Below, piece after piece: positions 1 to 9,540 of a stretch of DNA of 64,000 nucleotides (the stretch's first letter is position 1; each line of letters opens with the position of its first letter). The notes beneath the pieces are model-generated. The model ran no database searches and was not told the origin of the DNA. It saw nothing but the letters and a program-made list of their open reading frames with translations. The stretch is from Fidelibacterota bacterium (GTDB lineage: Bacteria; Fidelibacterota; UBA2242; JAFGTP01). The position numbers and the translations under genes are program-made. Location of the stretch: NCBI GenBank assembly GCA_016934035.1, contig JAFGTP010000069.1, positions 6,073 through 70,072 on the forward strand. Reading direction: 5' to 3'.

Positions 1-319
1 TATTGGCGCCCATAATAATGGGAATCGCCAGTTTGATCGCAGTCATTGAATCAGTGCCAAAAGCCCCGCCGGCCACAAATCCGACAACCAGTGATGTTGT
101 CATGGAAGAACTTTGGACCAATGCTGTGGTCAATATTCCGGTAATCAACCCGATAAAAGGATTTGATACCGTCTGCATAATGGCTTCGGCAGCACTGCTG
201 CCCATAGCTTCAAAAGAAGAACCGAAGAGTTTGATACTCAGCAGGAATAAATAAATCAAACTCAGCAACGCGGCAGCTTTAAATATTCCTGCAAAATTTC
301 CGGGTTTAAATTTTTGCAT
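1..319 (-). CDS. Na+/phosphate cotransporter family protein, N-terminal part (gene runs off the left edge of the window)
   Basis: Absent from the ORF track because it is truncated by the window edge. The reverse complement from the ATG at 319-317 reads MQKFKPGNFAGIFKAAALLSLIYLFLLSIKLFGSSFEAMGSSAAEAIMQTVSNPFIGLITGILTTALVQSSSMTTSLVVGFVAGGAFG... This aligns colinearly (about 70% identity by eye) with the N-terminus of the 1089..2198 protein. The + ORF 3..254 is its antisense shadow. Confidence 0.8.
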   Translation of the reverse strand, partial: MQKFKPGNFAGIFKAAALLSLIYLFLLSIKLFGSSFEAMGSSAAEAIMQTVSNPFIGLITGILTTALVQSSSMTTSLVVGFVAGGAFGTDSMTAIKLAIPIIMGAN

Positions 320-416
320 TTTTTGTCCAATCTTTTTTTAACTGCTAAAAATAACACTTTTCGGACAATATATACAAAAATAACAATGCCGGAAGGACCC
401 AATCGGGTCAGCAAAA

Positions 417-1085
417 TTATTCTTTTGCTTTAAAACCAATTCTCGGAAATGGATTGATGATGCTGGAGCAAATATTGTACAAATGGGCGCCAACGCGCTT
501 CAGGGAACGGACATACAAAGCAATCGACACAGCATCTTTTTTAGGAATTTTTACATCTTCCCTGATCAGAGAATCTTTGATGGCTTCACATTGGTTTGAA
601 ATTCCCTCTTTGTACATTGCCATCACAGCTTTGGCCAGATCGTCATCATCTTTTTCAAAAGCTGCCACAGTATTATCAAACATGGATTCAATTTTTTCTT
701 CAATGATTTTGACCGTGTCCTCAAAAGGCCTGATGTTTAAATTGCCTTCAGTCAATAATGCCAGGTCGGCAATATTTTTAGCATAATCTCCGATTCGTTC
801 GATATCAATAACAATGCTTGAAATGGCAAAACCGGAACCGATATCGACATTATCAGCCAGGGCAAAGTGGGTCAACAGTTTGCGGCGAATCGATCTTTCC
901 GATTTATTAATAATTTTATCCTCTTCGATCACATGGCGTGCAAAATCCAGATTCCCGTCTGACCTTAGGGAAGTTTTAGCATCCATAAACATTTGCTTGC
1001 CCAGCAAAAGGCTTTCAACTGACTTCTCAACAATCTGCTCCCGAAGGGGTTTTTTCTTCAGAATCTCAAAAAAATCATCAAACAT
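417..1085 (-). CDS. PhoU-domain protein (phosphate transport regulator-like)
   Basis: 222 aa, a typical PhoU size. It has the ..DIERIGDYAKNIADLA.. motif characteristic of PhoU repeats. It sits 3 nt downstream of a Na/Pi cotransporter gene on the same strand. Confidence 0.8.
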   Translation of the reverse strand: MFDDFFEILKKKPLREQIVEKSVESLLLGKQMFMDAKTSLRSDGNLDFARHVIEEDKIINKSERSIRRKLLTHFALADNVDIGSGFAISSIVIDIERIGDYAKNIADLALLTEGNLNIRPFEDTVKIIEEKIESMFDNTVAAFEKDDDDLAKAVMAMYKEGISNQCEAIKDSLIREDVKIPKKDAVSIALYVRSLKRVGAHLYNICSSIINPFPRIGFKAKE

Positions 1086-1088
1086 AGT

Positions 1089-2198
1089 TTACCTCATAAA
1101 ATAAATTAACAGCCCCGGGATCAGGAAGAAAACCACCACAATATATAAAATCGGAAAATATTTTTTCGTTTTGGAAATACTGGCGAATTTTATCGCTGCA
1201 TTCACCGGCAAATTCTTAAGCGGTAGAAATATGGAGATTCCCAGCAAATTGAATATCAGATGGGAAAAAGCAATGGTTATGGCCGTAATATTCCCGGTGG
1301 CCAGGGCCGCCAACAGAGCTGTAATTGTGGTCCCGATATTGGCGCCCAGGGTGTAGGGAAAAATCTGGTGAATGGTCACCACTCCGGCGGCAGCCAAAGG
1401 TATAGCCAGCGATGTTGTGATTGAACTGGATTGTACAATGGTAGTAAACAACATGCCAAGGACCAGCGCCCGTAGTGTTGTTTTAAAAATATATTTGTCA
1501 AACAAGATTTCAATTTTTTCCAGTACCATGGATTTCATCACTTTGACAATGTACCGTAAAGCAAAAAATAACAGCAGAATGGATATCATAATCCCGATCC
1601 AGGGTGTTGAAAAACTGTGCAAAATCAATTTTTCAACCGGTTTGATGATGGCACCAATGGGATTAAACATTTTAACACCGCCGATTCCGGCAAATCCCCT
1701 GGCAACAATCGAAGCCAGAAAGCCAATAACATTGAAGAAATATTGCAGAGGAAACAACACCAAAACAGTCAAAATATTAAAAAAATCATGGACAATACTG
1801 GCTGAGAAAGCTCTTTCAAATTCATCGGAATCACCGACGGAGCCAAAACTGACCAGTGTGTTGGTGACGCTGGTTCCAATATTGGCCCCCATAATAATCG
1901 GAATTGCCAGTTTAATGGCGATGTTCGGATCATCACCAAAAGCACCACCGGCCACAAACCCCACCACCAGCGAAGTTGTCAGCGATGAACTTTGCACCAG
2001 GGCTGTTGTTAATACACCGACCACCAGACCAATCAATGGATTGGAGACGGTATTCATGATGGCATGGGCTGCATCACTTCCCAGCATTTTGAAAGCACCA
2101 CCAAATAATTGAATACTCAACAGGAACAGATAAACCAATCCCAGTAAGGCAACACCCTTGAATGCTCCCGAGATTCTCCCAGTTTTTAACTCTAACAT
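1089..2198 (-). CDS. Na+/phosphate cotransporter family membrane protein (NptA-like, without a fused PhoU tail)
   Basis: 369 aa and polytopic. It carries two QSSS(L/I)TTS repeats (LVQSSSLTTSLVVGF and IVQSSSITTSLAIPL) typical of the Na/Pi cotransporter fold. Confidence 0.85.
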   Translation of the reverse strand: MLELKTGRISGAFKGVALLGLVYLFLLSIQLFGGAFKMLGSDAAHAIMNTVSNPLIGLVVGVLTTALVQSSSLTTSLVVGFVAGGAFGDDPNIAIKLAIPIIMGANIGTSVTNTLVSFGSVGDSDEFERAFSASIVHDFFNILTVLVLFPLQYFFNVIGFLASIVARGFAGIGGVKMFNPIGAIIKPVEKLILHSFSTPWIGIMISILLLFFALRYIVKVMKSMVLEKIEILFDKYIFKTTLRALVLGMLFTTIVQSSSITTSLAIPLAAAGVVTIHQIFPYTLGANIGTTITALLAALATGNITAITIAFSHLIFNLLGISIFLPLKNLPVNAAIKFASISKTKKYFPILYIVVVFFLIPGLLIYFMR

Positions 2199-2680
2199 AA
2201 TTTTCCTAATTTTAATTTACATTTCAATTTAACTAATTTTTCCCGGCCAGCAGACCATAATCCGCTGGTTTTCAGGGTTTTATATTTTACCAGTAAGGCT
2301 CAGTCAACTTCACAAAAAACGGTGTAATATACATCAAATTTACATAAACAAAATATGAACCTTGTGTTAATTTTCTGTAAACCAATTGTTAAAATCCTGT
2401 TTGTTTAATGAGTGTCCAAAAGCCACCAAAAGGACCCATTTATAATTTTTTTTAGAAACTACTCCGATACTTTTTTAGATGGTGAAAGAAAATTTGCAGT
2501 ATCCGTTTTGCGAGCAAGAAAGAGTCATCAGACCGTACGAACTGTCTATTCCAGGAGAAGAAATTGTACCTGAGCAGTCACAATTTGGGATTGTGTAATC
2601 AAAATAAATAAACATTGATATCGGCAACCCTGAAAAGTAAATTAAGCGAACTAACGTAAAAAAAAAGAAAGGACAGACTC

Positions 2681-3331
2681 ATGCTCAATTATATCTGGCT
2701 TGGTTTAATGCTCATTTCTCTGATTTTCGGAGCCATTACCGGCAATCTGAAAGCAGTTACGGACGCTGCAATTGAATACGCCGGGGTCGCAGTCGATATT
2801 TCCCTGGGGCTCATCGGTATCATGGCCTTCTGGCTGGGTATCATGAAAATTGCCGAAAAAGGCGGAATCATTCGAATTTTATCCCGGGCCATCAGGCCTC
2901 TGGCTAGAATTCTGTTTCCCGACATACCCAAAGACCACCCGGCCATCGGCTCCATGATGATGAATGTTGTTGCCAACTGGCTTGGCCTGAGTAACGCTGC
3001 CACACCGCTGGGATTGAAAGCAATGGAAGAACTTCAGGAATTAAATCCTGATAAAGAAACAGCCACCAATGCCCAGGTGATTTTTCTGGCCATCAATACA
3101 GCCTCCATTACAATCATTCCCATGACAGTGATTGCTTTGAGGACGAAAATAGCCCTGGAAAATAATTTAACCGGTGTCAATCCTTTTGAAGTCATCAGCA
3201 CCGGATTTTTTGCTTCCACCATTGCCTGCATTACCGCAGTCACAGCCGCTAAATTATTACAACGTTTACCCAACGTCAAAAAATCCAATCCGATGAATAA
3301 ACTTTCAAAAGCTGAGGTGGAAAATGAATAA
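2681..3331 (+). CDS. Nucleoside-recognition (Gate) domain membrane protein, SpmA-like
   Basis: 216 aa membrane protein with an MLNYIWLGLMLISL.. start and a GGI..L motif, like spore-maturation protein A family members. It overlaps the SpmB-like gene by 8 nt. Confidence 0.7.
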   Translation: MLNYIWLGLMLISLIFGAITGNLKAVTDAAIEYAGVAVDISLGLIGIMAFWLGIMKIAEKGGIIRILSRAIRPLARILFPDIPKDHPAIGSMMMNVVANWLGLSNAATPLGLKAMEELQELNPDKETATNAQVIFLAINTASITIIPMTVIALRTKIALENNLTGVNPFEVISTGFFASTIACITAVTAAKLLQRLPNVKKSNPMNKLSKAEVENE

Positions 3332-3881
3332 TGCCCAAAATTCCACCTTTGTGGACTTCATGCAGGGATTTTCAATCTACGCGATTCCCGTTATTTTATT
3401 GGTCGTTTTGACCCTGGCTATGATCAAAAAAATTAAGGTCTACGAAATATTCGTGGACGGCGCCAAAGAAGGTTTTCAGGTTGCGGTCCGCATTATTCCA
3501 TATCTTGTGGCGATCCTGGTCGCCATCGGAATGTTCCGGGCCTCAGGCGCCATGGGCTACCTGGTCAAATTTCTCTCTCCCGTTACTTCTCTGATCGGAA
3601 TGCCGGCAGAGGCCCTACCGGTTGCATTGATGCGGCCTTTATCCGGCAGCGGTACTTTGGGAATCGTCACGGAATTGATGAAAGAACACGGCCCGGACTC
3701 CTTTATCGGAAGATTAACCTCCACCATGTTTGGCAGTACGGAAACAACTTTTTATGTGCTGGCTGTATATTTTGGTTCGGTTGGAATCAAAAAGACCCGC
3801 CACGCCGTAGCAGCCGGATTGATCGGCGATGTGGCCGGAATGTTGGCAGCAGTGATGATTTGTCATATTGTATTTGGTTAA
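3324..3881 (+). CDS. Nucleoside-recognition (Gate) domain membrane protein, SpmB-like
   Basis: 185 aa membrane protein with ..RPLSGSGTLGI.. and ..STETTFYVLAVYFG.. motifs typical of SpmB-like proteins. It is coupled to the upstream gene. Confidence 0.7.
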   Translation: MNNAQNSTFVDFMQGFSIYAIPVILLVVLTLAMIKKIKVYEIFVDGAKEGFQVAVRIIPYLVAILVAIGMFRASGAMGYLVKFLSPVTSLIGMPAEALPVALMRPLSGSGTLGIVTELMKEHGPDSFIGRLTSTMFGSTETTFYVLAVYFGSVGIKKTRHAVAAGLIGDVAGMLAAVMICHIVFG

Positions 3882-3982
3882 AAATCCTCTTGCCCCTGGA
3901 GTCATGAAGGTATTCAAATTCATCGAGGCATAAAATCAAAAAAATGATATTCACCCGATTTGAGGGTTTACCGGGTCCTTTA

Positions 3983-4522
3983 TCAGTTTCCTCTTGAGAT
4001 ACTCACAATTTTTTGTCGCATATCCGTGAGGAACTTTCGGTTCTCCTCATCCCAGTAATCATTATAGGTCCAGCCCATTTTGTGGAATTTTCCATGCATG
4101 AAAAGCAGGGTGATCTCAGCAAAAATGCCTTCACCGACATGAATGCGGTGAGAAAAATCCTTACTGGAAAAAAGGACAAATTTCGACGGAGCCAGGTAAC
4201 CCGGATCAATATTCACAAATCGCTGCTTGTCTTTCGGTTCCTGAATCGTCAATTCCACCTCATTGGACCAAATTTTTGATTGATAGAGTTTTTCGACACT
4301 CCGGGGTTCCCGGAATACAATGAATTGTTTCTTCAGATTTTCCCCAAATTCTTTGACATAATAGTTTGTGAAATCCATAACCTTGAAAATGCGTCCCAGG
4401 CCCAGAGGCTCGCCAAATTTTTTTTGAAGCAGGTCCAGGGATTGATGATGGAGTTCTTCATTGGGAAACATGACTGCTGCAAAAGGATGCACCAGGGGTG
4501 CGGATTTTCGTATTTCACCCAT
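3983..4522 (-). CDS. DUF4416-family protein
   Basis: 179 aa. The ..VNIDPGYLAPSKFVLFSSKDFSHRIHVGEGIFAEITLLF.. block matches my recollection of the DUF4416 signature (N.DPGYL...K.VL.S.K...HRI.....I.AE.TL). Its start abuts the stop of the radical SAM gene (4522/4523). Confidence 0.6.
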   Translation of the reverse strand: MGEIRKSAPLVHPFAAVMFPNEELHHQSLDLLQKKFGEPLGLGRIFKVMDFTNYYVKEFGENLKKQFIVFREPRSVEKLYQSKIWSNEVELTIQEPKDKQRFVNIDPGYLAPSKFVLFSSKDFSHRIHVGEGIFAEITLLFMHGKFHKMGWTYNDYWDEENRKFLTDMRQKIVSISRGN

Positions 4523-5869
4523 TTATTGCTCCGGGTTTCGTATCTGTTCGTTGAATTTGATCATCATCTCTTTTAACTCCTGAAATTGCGCCACTGTCAA
4601 AATTTTCGAGGCACAGGGATAGATGGAATTATTGGTCAGGAGCGGATCAATGCCCTCATACATACACCCCTCTTCCAGGGCCCGGTCCCATTCTCTTGTG
4701 CCGGGAATTGGTGTAAAAGAAGCCAGCCTTGAGAGGGCGCCTGTTTCATAGACGAAGACCAGACTCTCCCGAACATCCTCAAAGCTCTGCCCGGGCAGAC
4801 CCATAATGAGATATGCCTCAATTTCCCGGCTTTTGTACCCAGCTTCTTTGAGATGACGGACAGCGCATATAAAATCTTCTCTGGAAACTTTACCGGAAGA
4901 GCTTTCCTGCCATTTGGAAACCACAGACTCCAGGCTGAGCCGAACCACTTTGAACCCGGCCATCTTCATCAATTGCGCCAGCTCTTCATCAATTTCCCGG
5001 GCAAACAAACCATTGGGACTATAAAATTCAAAGGGTTGCGGTCTTTTGATAATTTCCCGCAGCAAGGGTTTGATAAATTTTTCTTTTTGAACAAAAAGCG
5101 CATCATCATAAAAGGCATATTTTGTCACACCATATTTTGTATAATTAGTATCAATTTCCAGCAGCACATTATCCAGGCTTCTTCGATAAAAACCCGGATT
5201 CAATATATTGGTTGCACAAAAACTGCAGTTCATGGGGCAACCCCTGGACGTCATCAGAGGCAGATATTCAGGGTTTTCATAAAGGTCATAGGGCGGAAAC
5301 AGAGAATCATCAAATTCCGGTATCAGACCATCATCTCTGACCATGCCATGCAGAGTATCCAGAATTTTCAACACTTTTTTTTCACCATATCCGCTGACGA
5401 AGTAATCCGCATCAATGGCAAAATGTGCATGTTCTTTCCAGAGTGTGGCATAAATTCCGCCCAAGATAATCGGTACATTCTGGAAAACAGAGCGTAGAAG
5501 GGCAACGGATTTTTGGACACCAACATACCAGTAATTCATAAAACTGGTGACCAGAATAACGCTCGGCCTGGGTAATGAAGTGATATATTCCCGGATTTGA
5601 ACTTCCGTGGCGCCATAGAGAGCAAAATTTCTTGGAATTGTTTTTAATACGGCTGGCTTTTCAATCAAAGTCCGGATGTATTTTCCACGACCGCCGGAAG
5701 CATTCGAAGCCCATTTTTGACGGTCCAGAAAATCCAGCAGGGATATTTCATAATTGTATTTTCTCAGGAAAGCACCAATATACAGAAGCCCCAGGGGTTT
5801 GGACCAGAGGTCATAGGCAGCGAAATCTGCAATCCAGGGATTGACGAGTAGAATGTTAGGCTGGTCCAT
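4523..5869 (-). CDS. B12-binding-domain radical SAM protein
   Basis: 448 aa. It has a CX3CX2C cluster motif (SRGCPMNCSFCAT) preceded by an N-terminal Rossmann-like B12-binding-type region. Confidence 0.8.
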   Translation of the reverse strand: MDQPNILLVNPWIADFAAYDLWSKPLGLLYIGAFLRKYNYEISLLDFLDRQKWASNASGGRGKYIRTLIEKPAVLKTIPRNFALYGATEVQIREYITSLPRPSVILVTSFMNYWYVGVQKSVALLRSVFQNVPIILGGIYATLWKEHAHFAIDADYFVSGYGEKKVLKILDTLHGMVRDDGLIPEFDDSLFPPYDLYENPEYLPLMTSRGCPMNCSFCATNILNPGFYRRSLDNVLLEIDTNYTKYGVTKYAFYDDALFVQKEKFIKPLLREIIKRPQPFEFYSPNGLFAREIDEELAQLMKMAGFKVVRLSLESVVSKWQESSSGKVSREDFICAVRHLKEAGYKSREIEAYLIMGLPGQSFEDVRESLVFVYETGALSRLASFTPIPGTREWDRALEEGCMYEGIDPLLTNNSIYPCASKILTVAQFQELKEMMIKFNEQIRNPEQ

Positions 5870-5888
5870 AAGTGATCAAGGGTGTAAC

Positions 5889-8051
5889 TCAGAATATCAA
5901 TTCATCAAGATTATCATTGCCCTGATTGTTCCCGGCATGGGTGTTACAGGTTTCCACCGGTTCTGTTCCTCTGATAAAATATTCCTTTTCCAGGTCGGTG
6001 CAAAACCTGGAGGGCAATTTTTTGGATTCCTTGCAAATCTCGACCTGGATTATCCCGTCGGGAATTTCAAAAGCTTTGTCAGGCCATTGCATCAATTCAT
6101 GGGTTCGACGCATAAAATTGGCCCAAACCGGCAGGGCAGCCGTAGCGCCGGATTGTCCTTCTCCCAGCGGTACATTGGGATCATCTACCCCCACATATAC
6201 ACCGGCAATGATATAGGGCGAATATCCCACAAACCAGGCATCCACCCAATTGGTTGTGGTCCCGGTTTTTCCAGCGGCATTATGCCGAAAACCATATTTC
6301 CATTCCGAACTTTTTCCCGTACCATCTCTTTTGACTGTCTGCAACAGTGACGTTACCATAAAAGCAGTTTCTTCACTCAAAACCATTTCTTTTTCAGGGA
6401 CATATTCTTTAACAATATTACCATAACGGTCAACAATTCGTTTCATGGTATGAGGTTCTATCCAAATTCCTTTGTTGCAGAACGCCCCATAGGCTGCAAT
6501 GATTTCCATGGGAATGACCACACCGACTCCCAGAGCAATGGCATCAACCTTGGGAATTGGCGTCGTGATGTGCAGCCGTTTAGCTGTTTCTATGACCGCA
6601 CTGGGCGAGACCAATTCCTGAACGACCCGGGCTGCAATGATATTCAATGAACTTTTTATACCATCCCTTAAGGTTGTCGGGCCGCCGTAATCCCGATTGT
6701 AATTCTGCGGCGTCCAGCGAGTCCCATCAGGCATATCCAGCGTCAAGGGAGTATTAAGTAATTTTTTAGTTACCGGAATGCCATTGTCAACTGCTGTTCC
6801 GTAGACAATGGGCTTGAACACCGACCCCGGCTGGCGCTTCGCCTGGGTGGCCCGGTTGAACTCCGAATCTTCAAAATCACGGCCACCAACCATAGCCAAA
6901 ATTTCACCCGAATAGGGATCCATGGCCACAAAAGCGCCCTGGACCAGCAAGTGGTACTGCAGGCCCTTTTTCATCGGTCTTTCACCCCGAATCATTTCCT
7001 GCACTTCTGTCAGTGTAATCGTGGAATCTTTAATAATCTCCTGTAATTCCCGGGGATTCGCCAGCAGCCTTCGGTTCAGGATACCCTGCTGGTATTCAAT
7101 ATGTTTTTGAAATTCCTCTTCCGCAATTTTTTGCAGTCTTGTATCCAGTGTTGTATGAATGCTGAGCCCGTCGGTGTAGAGATTGACGCCCAGCTGATTG
7201 TCTTCAATTTGGATGATCCTGCGCACATCTTCGACAAAATAGGGAGCGATTTCCGTTTTTTCTTTTCTGGCAGGATAATGAATGGGCGAATTTTTTTCCA
7301 GATTGTACTGCTCATCATTGATGAAGCCCATTTCTTTCATTCGATAGAGCACATAATTTCTGCGACGAAATCCTTTGGTCGGATCCGAAGCCCAGGGTGA
7401 ATAATGTCCGGACTGGATCATTCCCGCCAGATGGGCGCATTCGGCAATGGTCATTTCTTTGGCATGTTTATTAAAAAATTTCAAGGAGGCAGCTTCTATT
7501 CCGTAAGCACCTCCCATATAACTGGAATTGAGATACATGTTGATGATCTCGTCTTTGGTATAGAGTTGTTCCATTTTCAGGGCAGTCAGCAATTCTTTGA
7601 TTTTCCTGGAAATGGACTTTTTCATACTGATTTGATTGTAAAGGATACGCGCCAGTTGCTGGGTAAAGGTACTGGCCCCCTGGCTAAAATCCCAGCGCAG
7701 AATATCTACCACCATGGCACGAACAAAATCTATAGTACTGAAGCCCCAATGGCTGTAAAAACGGGAATCTTCAATTGCCATAACTGCTTCCCGCATCCTT
7801 TGGGGAATTTTTTCATCGGGAAGGACAATCCGCTTCTGCTGGGCAAATTCTTCCAGAACCACCCCATCCACCGAATAGACTTTAGATATGACATCCGGTT
7901 TATAGCTTTGTAATTCAGTTAGATCAGGCAGGTATCGGGAATAAAAAAATAAAATTACCAGTATTGTCAATATTCCCGCCATATTCACAATAACAGCATA
8001 AAGAAAAGCCTTTCCCCAACTTAACAGGCCTTTTGTTTTTTCCTTTGACAT
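5889..8051 (-). CDS. mrcA: Class A penicillin-binding protein (PBP1A; glycosyltransferase + transpeptidase)
   Basis: 720 aa with an N-terminal TM anchor. It has GT51 motifs (AIEDSRFYSHWGF, STFTQQLAR) and transpeptidase SxxK (PGSVFKP) and KTGTT motifs. Confidence 0.9.
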   Translation of the reverse strand: MSKEKTKGLLSWGKAFLYAVIVNMAGILTILVILFFYSRYLPDLTELQSYKPDVISKVYSVDGVVLEEFAQQKRIVLPDEKIPQRMREAVMAIEDSRFYSHWGFSTIDFVRAMVVDILRWDFSQGASTFTQQLARILYNQISMKKSISRKIKELLTALKMEQLYTKDEIINMYLNSSYMGGAYGIEAASLKFFNKHAKEMTIAECAHLAGMIQSGHYSPWASDPTKGFRRRNYVLYRMKEMGFINDEQYNLEKNSPIHYPARKEKTEIAPYFVEDVRRIIQIEDNQLGVNLYTDGLSIHTTLDTRLQKIAEEEFQKHIEYQQGILNRRLLANPRELQEIIKDSTITLTEVQEMIRGERPMKKGLQYHLLVQGAFVAMDPYSGEILAMVGGRDFEDSEFNRATQAKRQPGSVFKPIVYGTAVDNGIPVTKKLLNTPLTLDMPDGTRWTPQNYNRDYGGPTTLRDGIKSSLNIIAARVVQELVSPSAVIETAKRLHITTPIPKVDAIALGVGVVIPMEIIAAYGAFCNKGIWIEPHTMKRIVDRYGNIVKEYVPEKEMVLSEETAFMVTSLLQTVKRDGTGKSSEWKYGFRHNAAGKTGTTTNWVDAWFVGYSPYIIAGVYVGVDDPNVPLGEGQSGATAALPVWANFMRRTHELMQWPDKAFEIPDGIIQVEICKESKKLPSRFCTDLEKEYFIRGTEPVETCNTHAGNNQGNDNLDELIF

Positions 8052-8083
8052 ATTTCCCCAAAATTAAAAAACTAAAACAATGG

Positions 8084-8884
8084 CTAATTTATAGCATTTA
8101 TAACATTTTTCATAAAATGATAATAGGGTTCCTTGATTTTATCTGCAGTTTCCTTGACTTCTTCATGGGTCAGGGGATTTTGGCTGATTCCCGCAGCCTG
8201 ATTGGTGACCAGTGAAATACCCAGAATTTCAAATCCCAATTCATGGGCCACCACGGCCTCCGGCAACGTCGACATACCAGCCAGGTCACCACCCAGAGCG
8301 CGAATGGCCCGAACTTCTGCTGGTGTTTCAAAACTTGGTCCCGTAGTCCAGCAGTAGATTCCCCGGGGTAGTTGGGTGCCCATTGCCCTGGCGGCCGCCT
8401 CCGCCCGGGTTTTCAGCTTTGCGGACAATAATTTCCGGTAATCCTTTTCCCACGGCAGGTCCACCTGACCAAAATTGATAAAGTCATCTATCAGCACAAA
8501 ATCTCCCGGTAAAAAATCAGGGTTGACACCACCGGCAGCATTGGTCAGGATCAATTTTTTGACGCCCAGTGATTGAAACAAATGGGCATAAAAGGTGATG
8601 GTATTCAGGTCTTTCCCTTCATAGTAGTGAGAGCGTCCTTTGGCAGCCAGGATAGGCGTCTTGCCGACCTTGCCAAAGATTAGTTTGCCTTGGTGTCCCG
8701 ATACTGTGGGCAGGGGATAATGAGGAATGGTGCTGATGTCGATTATTTTTTCAGTTTCAATTTTGTCCCCGAAATAGGCCAATCCGGACCCGAGCACAAT
8801 GGCAATTTCAGGAACAGAACCCGTTTGGTGTTTGATAAAATCACTGGCTTCCTTCACCTTTTCTTTGAATTTTTGATTGTTCAT
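8084..8884 (-). CDS. punA: Purine nucleoside phosphorylase (trimeric PNP family)
   Basis: 266 aa with GRSHYYEG, TNAAGG and GPSFETPAEVRAIRALGGDLAGMSTLPE motifs of the PNP/MTAP family. Its ATG overlaps the stop of the response regulator gene (TAATG at 8882-8886). Confidence 0.85.
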   Translation of the reverse strand: MNNQKFKEKVKEASDFIKHQTGSVPEIAIVLGSGLAYFGDKIETEKIIDISTIPHYPLPTVSGHQGKLIFGKVGKTPILAAKGRSHYYEGKDLNTITFYAHLFQSLGVKKLILTNAAGGVNPDFLPGDFVLIDDFINFGQVDLPWEKDYRKLLSAKLKTRAEAAARAMGTQLPRGIYCWTTGPSFETPAEVRAIRALGGDLAGMSTLPEAVVAHELGFEILGISLVTNQAAGISQNPLTHEEVKETADKIKEPYYHFMKNVINAIN

Positions 8885-9519
8885 TAAATTTTACCTGCTT
8901 CTTTCATCTTTTCATATACTTCCGGATAAAGTTCCTTCATGCAATCCGGGCAAATACCATGAGAAAAATCCGCTTCAGTATGAGCTGCTACATAATGTTC
9001 CACCTCCTGCCAGAACCCGTCATCATCCCGAATTTTTTTACAATTGGCACAGATGGGCACCAATCCTTTGAGGGTCTTAATTTCACGCAGGGCTTTTTGC
9101 AGTTCCGCATTCATTTTTTTCAGGCGATCTTTGGACAATTTCAATTCAAGATGGTTTCTTACGCGGGCCAGGAGTTCAATGGAATTAAAAGGCTTGGTCA
9201 CATAATCGACAGCCCCGAGTTCGATTCCCTGAATGACGTCTTCCTTTTCGGTTTTGGCGGTAAGGAATATCACCGGAATTTCAGCCAGTTCTTCATTTTT
9301 CTGAATCTCTTTGATCACATCGAACCCGCTGAGCCCGGGCATCATCACATCCAGAAGAATCAGGTCAGGTTTCGCATTTTCAAGTATTTTCAGGGCCTGT
9401 TCACCATTGAGTGCAGCTGATATTTTGTATCCTTCCTTATTAAGGATGTTTCCTAAAACCTGTAGGTTTTTGGGGACATCATCGACCATCAAAATGATGG
9501 GTTTTCTTTCTTCATCCAT
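8884..9519 (-). CDS. Response regulator (REC domain) with a coiled-coil linker and a Cys/His-rich C-terminal module
   Basis: The REC domain is ILMVDDVPKNL...DLILLDVMMPGLSGF...T(A)K. The C-terminus is VPICANCKKIRDDDGFWQEVEHYVAAHTEADFSHGICPDCMKELYPE. Confidence 0.85.
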   Translation of the reverse strand: MDEERKPIILMVDDVPKNLQVLGNILNKEGYKISAALNGEQALKILENAKPDLILLDVMMPGLSGFDVIKEIQKNEELAEIPVIFLTAKTEKEDVIQGIELGAVDYVTKPFNSIELLARVRNHLELKLSKDRLKKMNAELQKALREIKTLKGLVPICANCKKIRDDDGFWQEVEHYVAAHTEADFSHGICPDCMKELYPEVYEKMKEAGKI

Positions 9520-9540
9520 AATATCCTCGTTTTATTCGGA

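Noticed and set aside
3-254. 83-aa + strand ORF at the left edge.
   Set aside because: It is the antisense shadow of a clearly recognisable Na/Pi cotransporter N-terminus on the minus strand (1-319). Its own sequence has no features.
1372-2112. Long antisense ORFs opposite well-supported genes. Examples are 454..786, 1372..2112, 4853..5497, 7404..7913, 21651..22574, 32946..33644, 33792..34340, 34661..35509, 37538..38116, 38267..38743, 53714..54331 and 62285..62890.
   Set aside because: Each lies entirely within, and opposite to, a gene with strong family motifs. Their translations are low-complexity or compositionally odd with no recognisable motifs. This is typical of shadow ORFs.
2479-2598. 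39-aa ORF (MVKENLQYPFCEQERVIRPYELSIPGEEIVPEQSQFGIV) in the 482-bp spacer upstream of the spmA-like gene.
   Set aside because: There is no Shine-Dalgarno-like sequence upstream and no recognisable motif. At this length it could easily be chance. I note it only because the local GC is higher than the surrounding spacer.
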